Positions 12,720-25,049 of a stretch of DNA of 64,000 nt are shown in pieces. Below the pieces are notes generated by a model. That model had not been told where the DNA came from and made no database searches. It worked only from the letters and a program-made list of their open reading frames with translations. The stretch is from the NCBI GenBank assembly GCA_977016875.1, contig CDRNST010000188.1:2914001-2978000 (forward strand). The letters run 5' to 3'. The stretch comes from Pavona decussata. Its lineage: Eukaryota. Numbering within the stretch: the stretch's first letter is position 1; each line of letters opens with the position of its first letter. Both the position numbers and the translations under genes were made by a program.

Positions 12720-15700
12720 AGGGAACAAAAGAAACTTGTCTAATCTTAATCTTTGACATAAAAATACAACAAAAAAATGCATGATAGAAAGGATAGAACG
12801 GTATCTTTCACTTTGTAAAACGAATTTTAAATTTGCCCTCATACCCCCCTTTTGTGCGCCATCTTGGTTTTTCAAAAAAATTAAAACCTTTTCAAATGTT
12901 ATTTTTTCTTTAATATGCAAGATTTTTTGCCTAGACGTATATTTGGAATAATGCGTATCTGAGATATCTTTCAGCATTGTTTAGGGTTGTTCACGCTATG
13001 ATGACGTCATGAATGACGTCACAGTGGCCGCCATTTTGTTTTCTTGCTTGTGTATTCAACTTCTATATCAATAATCTCAAATAATCAAATTACCGTTAAG
13101 GCGCTCTACATCACAATGCTAGGAAAACGCCTTTAAAGCTATTGCTGGTGTCTTCTACGTTTAGTTAAGCATGCTACGGCATGAATCAACATACCACAAA
13201 TCAGAGTAGATAGCTAGGTCCACACTTGAGGTTTGACTAGGGTTCAGTCTAGAGATCGTTTGAGTACAGAAGCGCCACGATCGCCCAACGTCCTTTTTCA
13301 GTGCTGTTACTTGCATATAGAAGCTATAACATTAACCTACGTTCATGTCATTTCGAACATTGAGACTGAAAAAAGAAAAAACGTACCTATGCACGGAAAG
13401 CGTTATAAAACATGTGTCCCGTCATGAGAGAGGAATTTTGCTATATCGAAACTGAAGAAAGACACAACAAATGGTTATAACCATATCTCTGCTCACCATT
13501 GCAAGTAACCTACACCTGTAAACGTACTTACTCGTATCAATCCTCTACATCTTCAGAGCCACTACCCCCACTCTCATACTGAACGCCATCATCAGTCGCC
13601 ATATTCTCACACTGGATACTGCACATGTCAATGCACTTCAGAGCCGCCTTCAAGCAGCAGCAGTTCTCAACCGTTTATGCTCTCTTGCACGTACAGGAGA
13701 GTAGTTCCAGGACCTTTTGTGGCGTTGGCTTAGACCCAAGCCACACAAATTCTAGGACGTTAAAGACGTTCTCTACCTTCCAGTCGTGCCAATGATGGGA
13801 GGGGATTACCAGAAGCTGAACGATGGCTTTTCTTCAGATTGCTGCTTGAGAATTTGCTGTTGTAACGTGAAGTCGCAGAGATGACTCGCATAGCGGCAGA
13901 GCCTCTGGTTTGACTTTCCAGGCTCTGGCGCAGTGAATCTCATAGTGCAGCACATCCACACTCTGGCACTTCTATCTGTACAGCTGACACACGAGCGCCT
14001 CAGTACAGACACTGGGCAGCTTGTTCCATGACTTCACCGTATAGGTAGGGAGTACGTTTTTGTATTGTACACCATCAGAACCCTCTGCCACGATATCGCT
14101 CTGGACAGTTAGTTCTCTAAGCCCTGCATGCCTGAATCGGCTTCCGATGACTCCCAAAAGCATTAACAACAAATGAAAACTTCCCATCGTTAAGTCTAGG
14201 GCAACGAATAGCTCCTTGTGGTTCCAGTAATCTCCAGTAAACGTCCATGGCCTTGGCATAAAAAGGCTGATCAAAAACACAAACAACAGTATTCAACTGC
14301 AGCCGATTTTTTTATGCCACACCCTCGAGCCAGCCGTTGTACACGGTCTTCAGGGTCAGTGGCAGGGGAGTCTATAGTATCCAAATAACTAATTGTGCTC
14401 TCCACAACCACAACACGATCGCTTACTTTAATGTTAAATCCAGACCACCCGGGCACTAGTAAAAATGGGTGTTTTTCGAGCTTTCTGAACTCGAGACACA
14501 CGAGGTAGCGCAGCGTCAGTTCCTTTGCTTTGTCACTATAAGAACTTACTGCGTGGTTTCAGTGAACGCGCGGCAGTTCTCCTGGCCCCTCCCGTTTTCC
14601 GCCGGAGAAATTGGTGATCTTTCTAGTCACTACAATCGTGGTACGGATCTCTTGCATTTCTTCGCTACTGGTGGTGCGTAGTCTTCGTCAGCTGACTCGT
14701 CGCTCCTCTCCGGCTCTCATATTTCTCTCCGTGACGAGGGTGGAATTCTCGAGTTGGAATGTTCCAGACACACTCTGTGTACACTCTAGGATATCAATGT
14801 TACATGGGGCGACAGTGGACCTGGACTCCTTCTGAATTATAGTGGCCGGTTTTCTCGCTGCCCATTGATAACTTCTAATTAACGCATGCTCGGTCTCGAT
14901 CTCTTATACTAGGTCATAACGTACGCCATAGGCTTACTTATTGATAAGCTTCAGAATCTCTGTGTTATTACACAGGGCCTTTACAACAGAAGGAAATGAC
15001 ACCCTTTTTGGAGTAAAACACAAAATCTTGTACAAAAGATTCGTTCAGCCTTATTGTTCTTTCTGTACTACTACTCTCACAGTCAAGTGATTTTCTAGAA
15101 ATAAACGCAATCAAAAAGACGTCGAGTAGGAGTGGAATATAGTCATTAGTTCTACTTGGTTTCAAATCGTCTTCTTTAGGTGGTGTGTTTGGCTTCAGTT
15201 GTACTTAGACCTTTTACAAAACAAACATTAATCTGGCAGAATCTCTGAGCTTGGCTGATTTCCGTCCCTAGACCTCAGGGCTCCAGTTGCTGCATCATCA
15301 GCTGGTTTGTTAGCAACTTGCAAATCTTGGTGAACTCAGCTCAGCAATTGCGATGCTATTTGATGGAATGTGTGGCGAATTCGCTTTCAGTTGAAACCTC
15401 CAAAATTAGTTTGTGATTCTGCATCACTGCGGCACGATATAAGGTTATCCCTGAAGAAATATCTCTGCACAGGGGCTTAACCTTTGAATCCCGCCGTACA
15501 ACCTTATATAATAAATTCGTCCGCCATTGATCATGGTGCAGAAGACAAACTTTCACACCGGAGCGAAAAAGCTATTGAAAGTTTGTGAGACCACGTGTTT
15601 GGGAACTGAAGCTGGGGGTAGGAAACAGGCAACTGTTTTGGAGGGGGCATTATTCAACACACTTGCAATGTATACATATATTTTATCTCCTTGCTCTTTT

Positions 15701-16136
15701 TTCTTTTCGAAATTTTTTTTTAAACCCCACAATATTTAATTTTTTGCAATTATTATAACGGCAAACTGGTCATATTGTGGCCAATATTCAGGCGTTGTGA
15801 CGTCACATATGACGTCACGTAGTTATAATTTAAACTCTAGAATAAACTGAAATCATGTTTTTAGTTCCAATTCGTTCTAAATTTGCGTTTAAAATGCTTG
15901 TCTTGTACGTTAAAAAGAATACAAGCAACTCTGTAGCCTTCCCCGAAAATCCAAGATGGCGGCCAAAAGGCGGTTATAAGGAACAAATTTAAAATTCGAT
16001 TTACAAAGTGAAAGCTACCGTTCTATCCTTGCTATCATACATTTTTATGTTGATTAATAGTCAACGATTTAAAAAGATTAGACAAGTTTCGTTTGTAGCA
16101 ATAAACCCAAATTTTCGGGTCTCCGCTGATGGACTA
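12720..16136 (-). mobile_element. Decayed, internally deleted Academ (AcademX-type) DNA transposon
   Basis: Degenerate ~300-bp TIRs (12732-13030 vs 15775-16090). Minus-strand fragments PGWSGFN..TISYLDTIDSPAT and MGSFHLLLMLLGVIGSRF..GL.EL..QS.IVAEGS. C-terminal Cys-rich LSCTCKRA*TVENCCCLKAALKCIDMCSIQC at ~13600-13740. Exact ends are uncertain. Confidence 0.75.
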
Positions 16137-16246
16137 TTACGGGCTGAAGAAGGATAAAGTTTGCCAGCAGAGGTGCTGTCCTTGTTGAAGCTTTTTCACA
16201 CCACAGTGCAACAAGACAATACGTAATTATCACTATTGTACATTAC

Positions 16247-16457
16247 CTGGCAAATACATGTATCCATTTTCTGCACTAGAGTTACAAAATAAGGAGGAAT
16301 CTCCATGTCCAAGTAATAAAGTTTTAGCCGCAAGACTACCCTCAGGTGATATTATCTGTATGATCCCGCCTGCTCCACCGCCCAAAAGGTACCGAGAACC
16401 ACGTTGATGATCATTTCCTCCGTTAACAGCAAGTCTTCCGTTTCTCTGTATATCCAC
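16247..16457 (-). CDS. Host gene exon 7 (VDIQRNGRLAVNGG...GGGAGGIIQII...GYMYLP)
   Basis: CAG acceptor in phase 0, G|GTAATG donor, continues the glycine-rich repeat. Confidence 0.85.
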
Positions 16458-16484
16458 CTGTCGGAGAGTTGATCAGTAATTTAA

Positions 16485-17604
16485 AGAAGAAGGTCATTCC
16501 AAAATGGCACATTTTCTCCTTTCGTCAATAAAAAGGTAATGTAAACATTAGGTACTCACCGAAGTTTCAGCTTCCAAGTAGTTTTCTATCCTTATGAAAT
16601 CCTCGTTCAAAGTAGGCCAAAAATCGAGCACGGTCGCCGCCATCTTGGAATATACTTAGCAGCCTGGCGATGCTTGTGTGACGTCATTGAGTTCAACCTG
16701 AAGTTTGGTGGGAAGCTTGGATAGTCGACTCGTCCTTTTGCAGTCATGCCTTTTTGTTCAGCACCATCGGTATTGCTCAAATAGGTCTCAAATAGACGGC
16801 AAAAAAGGTATTTCCTTCCATCGTTTACCGACCACTGTACTGATGACTGTTTTGAAGTGGACCACCGACATAATCTCCTCGGTGGTAAAACTCGCAAAAG
16901 AAAGAAAAAACCAGACGCAGTTGTAACTATTATATAAGATTTCATATTCAGCGAAGATTACATAAAAAAAAATACAGAGCAAGTACTCGTCGTATCCTGA
17001 TACTGGTTAACAAAGTACCTTCAAGCTTTTTTTATTCCGGTTCTTCAACACAACAAACGCACTCTCTTGCGGTCTTCCGCACTTCGCATCTTTCGCACAA
17101 GCACCAATTTAAGTTGAACAGTCTTTCTGCACCTTCGTTCTCGTTATCAGAGCCACTGTTTCCTTGATCAACGTTGCCTACAGGCTGAGCGCACGCTATT
17201 GCCTGGTACGCGCAAACGAGCTTAATTTTTAAAGTTTGGCCCTTTATTTTGTCGCTACAATGCCAGCTTTTTGGAATGTCATTACACAGTTTTAATGTTT
17301 CACATAATTAATGGTAATGGTAATGCATTTATATACCGCACTTTCTATTTACATATATTCAAATGCGGTTTACATCAGCATATGTCCATTAGCGACCTCA
17401 TTCTACCCTCCCAACCCATGAAATCATGAAACAGCACAAAGACCAGACCAGCACACCGGGAACTCCATGCCCTACTCTTTACGATTAGTGTCTGGGTTCT
17501 TTAACGTCCCACAGGGTTATGAACATTAAAGTGTTGTGAGACGGGGCCTACGGTTTATCGTCCTTATCCGAGAAGACTAGAAAGTCTAACCATTTGCAGA
17601 TGTC

Positions 17605-17637
<33 letters not shown>

Positions 17638-19427
17638 AAAGACCCTGAGTGTTGGTCCGGCCGGGGTTTGAACCCACGACCTCCCGCACTGTAGTCCGAT
17701 GCTCAATCAACTGACCAAAATTTGAGTTCCCGTTCCAATTGGAGCTTTGAAACAGCGATTTTGAGAAAACATGGAAATTAGCTTTGCGATTTGTGTCAAA
17801 TTTTGGTCACTTCGGTCACACTTGAGGACAACGTTTGTTTCGTTTGCAAGCCTTTGGATCGTTCAAAAAACGTGCGTTTCGATGGTTCAACTGAAAGCGT
17901 TTGACATCGTTTGTTTAGATCGTTTAAAGCGTTTGGCATTTTTAGTTTCGATCGTTTCAGGTGTTTAAGAATGTTGATATAAAACATCATGCTTATTTTT
18001 CGCATGTCACGGCAAAGTCTTTTCGGTAAAGCCTTCGTCTGTTATCAGAAATAAACCTACTGAAGGAATTAAGACTTTTTAATAGATCTGTGCATAACTC
18101 AAAACACTTTAAGGACAAATTAAGTAGATATCAATTATTACTACTGAATATTCGAAAAACAAGAGCTACATAACATGCAACAAAAACAAAACAAAAAAAT
18201 AGAAATTTACTTATTTCGATCAATCAGTTTTTCTCAGCCCAACACTGCTCCGAAAGCCAACAAGAAGCCGCGCCGCTTGGTGAATTATGGCATACTCACA
18301 AGATATTTTAGCGCTTATTTTTTGTAAAAGCAAAATTTTGTGAATGAAACATTACATTTTAATAGCACAGGATGCAAAGTTTTGAGTTTTTCAACAGTTT
18401 AAAAAGACGTAATATCGACTGAGTTTAAAATGACTATAATAATGTCAACAATAGATTCCTGAAACGGATCGACCAATTTAATTATCTGATCAAGATAAAA
18501 AATTTTAAAATAATACTCTCGGGAACTGCAACTGAATTTATCGTTATTTGCGCTTCACTGTACGTTTCCTCTGCTTGATTCAGAAGGGAATACGGGTCTC
18601 ATTGGAAACAACTGCGGTTGGTCGACAGTTTAGTTTGATAAGGTCAGAATCAATAACTTCAGTAAAATTATGCAGAGGAAACGCAAGGTACGTAAACAAA
18701 CATGAAACGATCGAAACGCGCCAAGACAGTCAAACATTTGGAACGTTTGAAACGCTTGTTTCAGACGTTACAAACGCACGTAGAACTAAAACATGTAATG
18801 CTGAATTTGTTATCGTTCAATTATCGAAGACTGCAAAGTGAAAGCCAGTGGATATGAGAGTACAACTAATGTGCATTTCAGAAAGGTAAAAATTAGGGCG
18901 ATATCAGTTTTAGTTAATCGCAATTTTGAGTGTAATTTTTTCCACGGTGTTAATTCCGAATTTGCACATTTTTGAGCGACCGCATTTTCCTTCTTTTATA
19001 TTCAACGTGAAACAAGAGTTTTTCTTGAGATTTGCGTGTACAAAGATTGATGCACATAAAATTTAGTTTTTTTTTTGTCTTTCCCGTTTTTCTATAATCC
19101 CCATGTTTTAAGACATTGTTTAGCGTTGCATCAGATCCGTAACGGCCGTGCCAGGCAATAGCGTACTCACAGCCTACACGCTCGGGCTCGAAACGATACG
19201 GCTCAGCCATTTTGGTTAAACTCAATGACGTCACGCAAACATCGCCAGGCTGCTAAGTATATTCCAAGATGGCGGCGACCGTGCTCGATTTTTGGGCTAC
19301 TTTGAACAAGGATTTCATAAGGATAGAAAGCTCTTTGGAAGCTGAAACTTCGGTGAGTACCTAATGTTTATATAACCTTTCTATTGACGGAAGGGGAAAA
19401 AGTGCCATTTTGGAATGACCTTCTCCT
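16485..19427. mobile_element. Internally deleted Kolobok transposon with THAP and KolX-like remnants
   Basis: ~215-bp TIRs and TTAA TSD (16481-16484, 19428-19431). + strand THAP remnant from 16746: MPFCSAP..CSN..GISFHRLP..DCFE..KPDAVVTI. - strand MAEPYRFEPER from 19210. Confidence 0.8.
17310..17716 (-). mobile_element. tRNA-derived SINE nested in the Kolobok element
   Basis: Minus-strand tRNA-like head (GGTCAGTTGATTGAGCATCGG...GGTTCAAACCCC), conserved central GGGACGTTAAAGAACCC...GAGTAGGG segment, (CCATTA)n tail. Confidence 0.8.
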
Positions 19428-20041
19428 TTAAAAAGTTGTCATGTTTTATATTCCAATATGTCCGAAACATTTTTTTAGATTTCAGTGAGTTATGTGAGAA
19501 TAACAGGAAAAAGAGGAAAATGTTTCAAGAACTGGGGAGGCTTCCCATCTGTCCGCAATTCCCGCTTTACGAGGCCAAAGCTATAGGTCTCAGAAGGTTG
19601 CGTGTTTTCTGAAGTTAACTGAAAATCATTCTTTCACTAGACAGTTATTTTTTTGGTTGTGGCGGCTTTAATGCTTTCAAAAACTGACCCCAATTAAGAA
19701 ATAAATGTTAACATAGCTACTAGTAAGATAAGGGAAGTAAGCACCAGGTTGGATGAGGATCAGCTGACCCCCTTTTTTCGATTCTCTTGCCGATTTTTTC
19801 TCATTCAGAAACTATAAAGAACATTAAATTCTTTAAGTGTGCTCTATTATGCTGAAAACGTTTATTCACCAGTGGTGTAGTTTTATTCTTCAAGAATCAC
19901 GGGATTTCAGTGACTACCGGTTCATTTTTAACAAGCATTTTGCATGCTACATTCAACATACCTTAACTCTGATATATTTTTACCTCTTAAAGTCAAAATG
20001 ATAATACTTTTTTTATTGCCATTAAAATTCGTGTGGCCTAC

Positions 20042-20130
20042 CTTTCGAGCTTTAAGACGTATTAGCCCGCCTGATCCACCAGAACATATTTTGGAGCTGT
20101 CAGTCTGTGCTGAAGCTCTGATTGACGCAT
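20042..20130 (-). CDS. Host gene exon 6 (DASIRASAQTDSSKICSGGSGGLIRLKARK)
   Basis: TCTTTCTTCAG acceptor in phase 1, AAG|GTAGGC donor in phase 0. Confidence 0.85.
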
Positions 20131-21105
20131 CTGAAGAAAGATTGAACATTGTTCTCTCTTAATCCGGTCAGACAGATTCAAATAAAAATAGTTATCACAG
20201 ATTAAAGAGTGCTTCCCAAATGATTTTTAGGGGTTGATGTAGTAATCACAGTTGCAATGACTACTGATACACTTTACGTCAGACATAATGAAATGGGCAG
20301 TAATCATGCGGCTCCAAATTAAAAGTTCATTACCAGACTCATTACGCTAACTTGTATCCCTGTTTGTGTACATATTTTCCTTTACATATTTGAAACTTTA
20401 TATTGACCAACTGTGTTTGAAATTATTGTCAAAATAACACACAAAAGCATAGATTAAGTAATACGAATAATTCTCTTGTTAAAAAGCACCAAGGAAGACC
20501 TCTTACAACAGTAAATAGATAGTGTAATATTCTGCCCTGGGTATTGTTGTTTATTACATGTAAATGAGGTATGCGGAATCGCTCTGGCCTGGGACAAGCC
20601 CAAACCAAGGCGAAAAGAAGTAGCATGGGTCTCAAACCCGCCTTCTTCTCGGGAAGGGTGGGCGGGATGCCAAACAATCACTGACCGTGACTACAGCAAA
20701 GTGCATTGAATAGAGCACATGTTTGTCTTTTATACATACATTAATATTCATCCCCAGGGCATTAATTAACAATGCAAATTGAGTTTGCATAGTGTAATAT
20801 TCTGCCCTGGGTATTGTTATTTATTACATGTAAATGAGGTATGCGGTTCCCCAAGCCCAGCGCCACCTGTCATCATAAAACAATACAGAGTATCCAGCTC
20901 AGCATAACCTTTATTTAACACTCTCTTCCCAATCCTTATATCCTATATAACAAAAGAAAAAACGCTTTGGCTTGACGTATACAAAGCAAAAGAAATATCA
21001 AGCGACTATCCGCATATCCTAGACTCTCTGATAGAAGCAGGAGTTCTATAACCGATACTATATCAAACTTTAGAATCAGAGTCCAAAAAACCATTATCCT
21101 GATAC

Positions 21106-22453
21106 TTAATCTTGAAAAGCTTGCGAAAAATCTGTTAAATTATTAAGCCTTTTGTATGTCTGGCCAGTTTCAATATCAAGGTCCGCCAATGTTACAGCCG
21201 CACCTGCCGGGTTAACTACTTGTTTTAACTTGATATAATGCAACGCCGTTTTACTATTCTTCCAACCCACATGATCCATGATTTCATGCAAACTCAGACC
21301 CGCGAGCGCTAAAGAAACCGTGGCACCACTACGAAAACCGTGAAGTGTAAAATGCGCACTAGATAAACTATGAGACAAAGGGGTGGTATATGCATTTAAT
21401 CTAGCTTGGGCTGCAGTTAAGAGTCCAACCCCTGGGGTGAAATATTCCCTGATTTAGTTACAGATCGGAACAAAAAACCGAAATTTAACTTTAACCCCAT
21501 AGACCTAGAAATGCTAAAATACAACTCAATTCCTCTAACAGGACATACACACGTATTGGTACCCCTCTTCAAAGCAAAAACATGAACATCCCCCGACCTT
21601 AATGATTTTGTCCAAAGATGGTTCAAGAACAAACCAGAATTATCCGGGAAACGAAAGATATCCACCGTTTTTAAACCCAACAAATCGGCTGCGCGATCTC
21701 CCGCAAAAAATAAGGCCTTAAACATGACCTGGTCCCGAGCCAGGATATAAATCCGAGAGGGAGTTAAATTCGCAGAATGCATAAGCTAGAAATGGATGTG
21801 GCGAGAGATCTTCATCAAATCTTCAAGAAGGAAAGGCTCAGCCTAGCGCGGAACAACTCTTGCCTTTAACTGCTCCTCACGAACATACGCTAAATACCGT
21901 TTCACCGACCAGTCAGAAGCAGGATTACCAATATTCAACACTGACTGCCATTCGGAACCCCTTCCATGTTCCACAAAATTGCCCGCAGCTTCCCTATGAG
22001 GGAGTCCATAGTCCTAAAGGCCAGTCTCTTAGGACATTGACAAACACCCTGGCCAACTCTCTGATGTGAGAAGTTTGGGCACTCTGAAAGGTGAACCTGT
22101 GTTTCCCCCACGATCTTTCCAAACTAGAAAAGCTATCACATCTGCTGGGAGAGCTGAAGCCAGGGATTTTGGAGTTACAAGATTATGCAAGAATATAGAA
22201 AATTCCCGTTCTAGAGCACTCTTTTGTTTGACATAACGCGAGGATCCCGCTGTTGTGATGACTGATCCAAACGCTGAGCAATGTTTTCCTCATCAATCTT
22301 GACTTTCTTGGCTTACGATACGACCTCGGAAACATAAGCACAACCCCTGGTATAGCCACATTGTCGACAAAACCGAAACTGCTCATCATTGGCATGAGAG
22401 CATCTAGGACAAGCCACTGACGGAGTAAAGAGCTTCGGAACTCTATGAAGCGG
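21106..22453 (-). pseudogene. Tyrosine recombinase of the PAT-like element (stops and frameshifts)
   Basis: N-terminal zinc ribbon CPRC..CRQC, catalytic Arg in GDRAADL, HGFRSG (HxxR), HVGW and the final Tyr in ALHY. Confidence 0.88.
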
Positions 22454-22490
22454 CTGTAAAAAACAAAAAACGAGAAAATCACTCAAAGAA

Positions 22491-24744
22491 TCAAGACAAT
22501 ACTCTACAAGCCCAAAGGTTAAACGGACAAGGCGCTGATTTATAGCCAGACTTGGACGGTGCCAGAAGGACTCCGAAACTACCCTTCGTACCAAGGCAAA
22601 CTTTAGAGGAAGAACGAGCCGTCAGCTCAGGCCACCGAAAAAGATGTGGACAGATCTCTGGGACGATTACAGTGAATGGGATCTGGAAGCCATACAAAAA
22701 CCTCAAAACTTGACCAACTAATTCAAAGGGAGGGAAAACATATGGATTAGACATATTGGACATTGCACGCAAAATCGTGAGTTAATAAATTGACGCCTCA
22801 CGAACGTGGACTTGAAAAAGGTGTAAAGTGTGGCAAAGGGCTTCCATCCGATCCAATTACCGCACTGGAATCCAAGGCCATAAGGTCAAATGAGTGCCCA
22901 CATGTGCCCCCAAATGATTGTTCCACCAAGGCCCATGCCCTAGCCGACAATTTTGAATCTGACTTTGACAAGCGACGTGAAGGACCATCTGCCTGGTTTT
23001 CACTAGACTTGACATGGAACAGGCTAAGCTGAAAATTGCGATCAGATAGCGCGTAGAACAGGTCCTTAGAAGCCTTTGTCAATTGAGGGGACTTCTTACT
23101 CCCTTGGCCCTTCCAAACGCCAATAAGAACAGTGCTGTCAACATAAACATCAACTCGACAATCCCTCAAACTAGCGGGAAGAGCTTTTATGGTGTTTACC
23201 AAAGCGAACATTTCTTTGGTAGAGATGTTGAGATCCCTGTGTTGCTCATCCTAGTAGTCACTTATAGTTTGGTCACCGGAGGGCAGATGAACGACACAAC
23301 CCCAGCCATATCCCGAAGCGTCCGTAGACAAAGTCAGTCCTAAGTGCTTCTCTTCTCGCCATGGAAGAAACTTCTGCCAAGAGTCTAAAAAACGCCAATG
23401 CATCAATTCTTCTCGCGAGGCCGATGAGATCGAAACAAGACCATTCGCTGACGCAGATGCAATTGCTGAACTCATTTCTCTTATAAACAACTTGGTCGCA
23501 GGGACCGCCAATGAGAATGACACACATTTTCCTTGAAAACGCTGCAGCGTTTTCACATCCACATATTTCTTACACGCCAAAATATGCTCTCTCAAGGATG
23601 CCCAGGAAACAATCTTCCGTTCCGGCACTAGGAAAGATAGCTTTGCAAAGTCCACTACAAGACCCAAGTACTCCAGTGAGGTAGTCGGGATGAAAACCGA
23701 TTTACTAATACCAATTGTGTAACCGAAATAAACGAGGACTGATAAGACACAAAATATTGCGGCAGCCGCTGCGTCACGTCTAAATTGCTCCTGTCGACAT
23801 GCCCGGAGGACTGACCATGGCCCTGATGAGGTGAGGAGTTCACCATTAAGACGATCGTCTATATACAGTGAACAGGGAACACCTTGAGCTCTTAAGAAAC
23901 CGGACGCCGCCAAACCTATGGTATGGTAGATGTAGGGGGAAATTTTCCATCCAAATGGAAGAGTAACACAAACAAACCAATAACCCTTCCATTCAAAACC
24001 AACATATGTCTGAGAGCATGCGGAGAGTAACACATGATCAAAACCTGACTTGTCGTCGCAGTTCGTCATGTAGGACCCCTTAAAGACATACCTTGGAACA
24101 TCGACTAATTTATCCAGGGAAAAAGGCATATCCCTCATCCACAAGTTGAAAAACCTAGCATCTAAGCAGAGTCTTGGTTTCGCAGGTTCTACTGTTAATG
24201 GTAAAACCAAATGGGGTGGACTATCGACCCCGAGTTTCCCCCACACCCTAACTGCTCCGGTAATAGTGCGCTTCAAAATTTCCTGCGACACAAACTCTGT
24301 AAATCTTTTACATGACCCATGATTTGGAAATCGCTTTTGCGGCGGAAAATCTGAGCAATAATTAAACCCCTTATAAGCACCCTTAAAAGGTTGACTAAAA
24401 TGCCTATTGTTCACTTTATTCCGGATCCAATCACTGATTGATGCAGCAAGAGGATGACCTTCAAGAATTTACTCCCAAGCTTCAGGATGCCTGTGGACAC
24501 CTCCAGCAACGAACTTGTCTGGATCTGTCAGTCTAATTCTTCCCAGATCTGGAACAGGTTCAGAGACTAAAACATCTTTCCAATTGTAGACACAAGATGC
24601 CTCCCCCCGATCGGGAACCCCATTCACATTAACCCAAGATTCAAACGTTCTTAGTTGCGAAGCCAGAAGGAGAAAACCAAAATCCTGAGAAAAGTCATTT
24701 TCACTAACAGGCTCTTGTAATCTTAGCTTCTTGAAAGGAGGACT
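22491..24744 (-). pseudogene. pol: reverse transcriptase, RNase H and methyltransferase-like domain
   Basis: LPFGWKISP and YIDD (RT); TDASGYGWG, VDST and NQADGPSR (DIRS-type RNase H); YVFPP..VLRF (DIRS/PAT MT-like). In-frame stops are present. Confidence 0.92.
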
Positions 24745-25049
24745 CTACAGGAAGAGACAAAAGAGAACAACCCCAAATCAACGAATGGAAAATGACATGC
24801 AAATGGGGTTCCCGATCAGGAAGGAGTGACTTCACACGCCTGAAAACAGTACGTCAACTGGCCACCGAGATATTGCGGTAAGCCAACAGGAGTCACTCGC
24901 CCCAATCTAGGAAAGTCGAAAAAGAAAAACAGAAAACTAGAGGGGAAACCCTGACGGACACAAATGAAACACTGATATAGATGCTACAAAAAGCATACTT
25001 TAATAAATGGAAAAGAAAATATGCACCGAGTCAGACAATAGCCACGACG

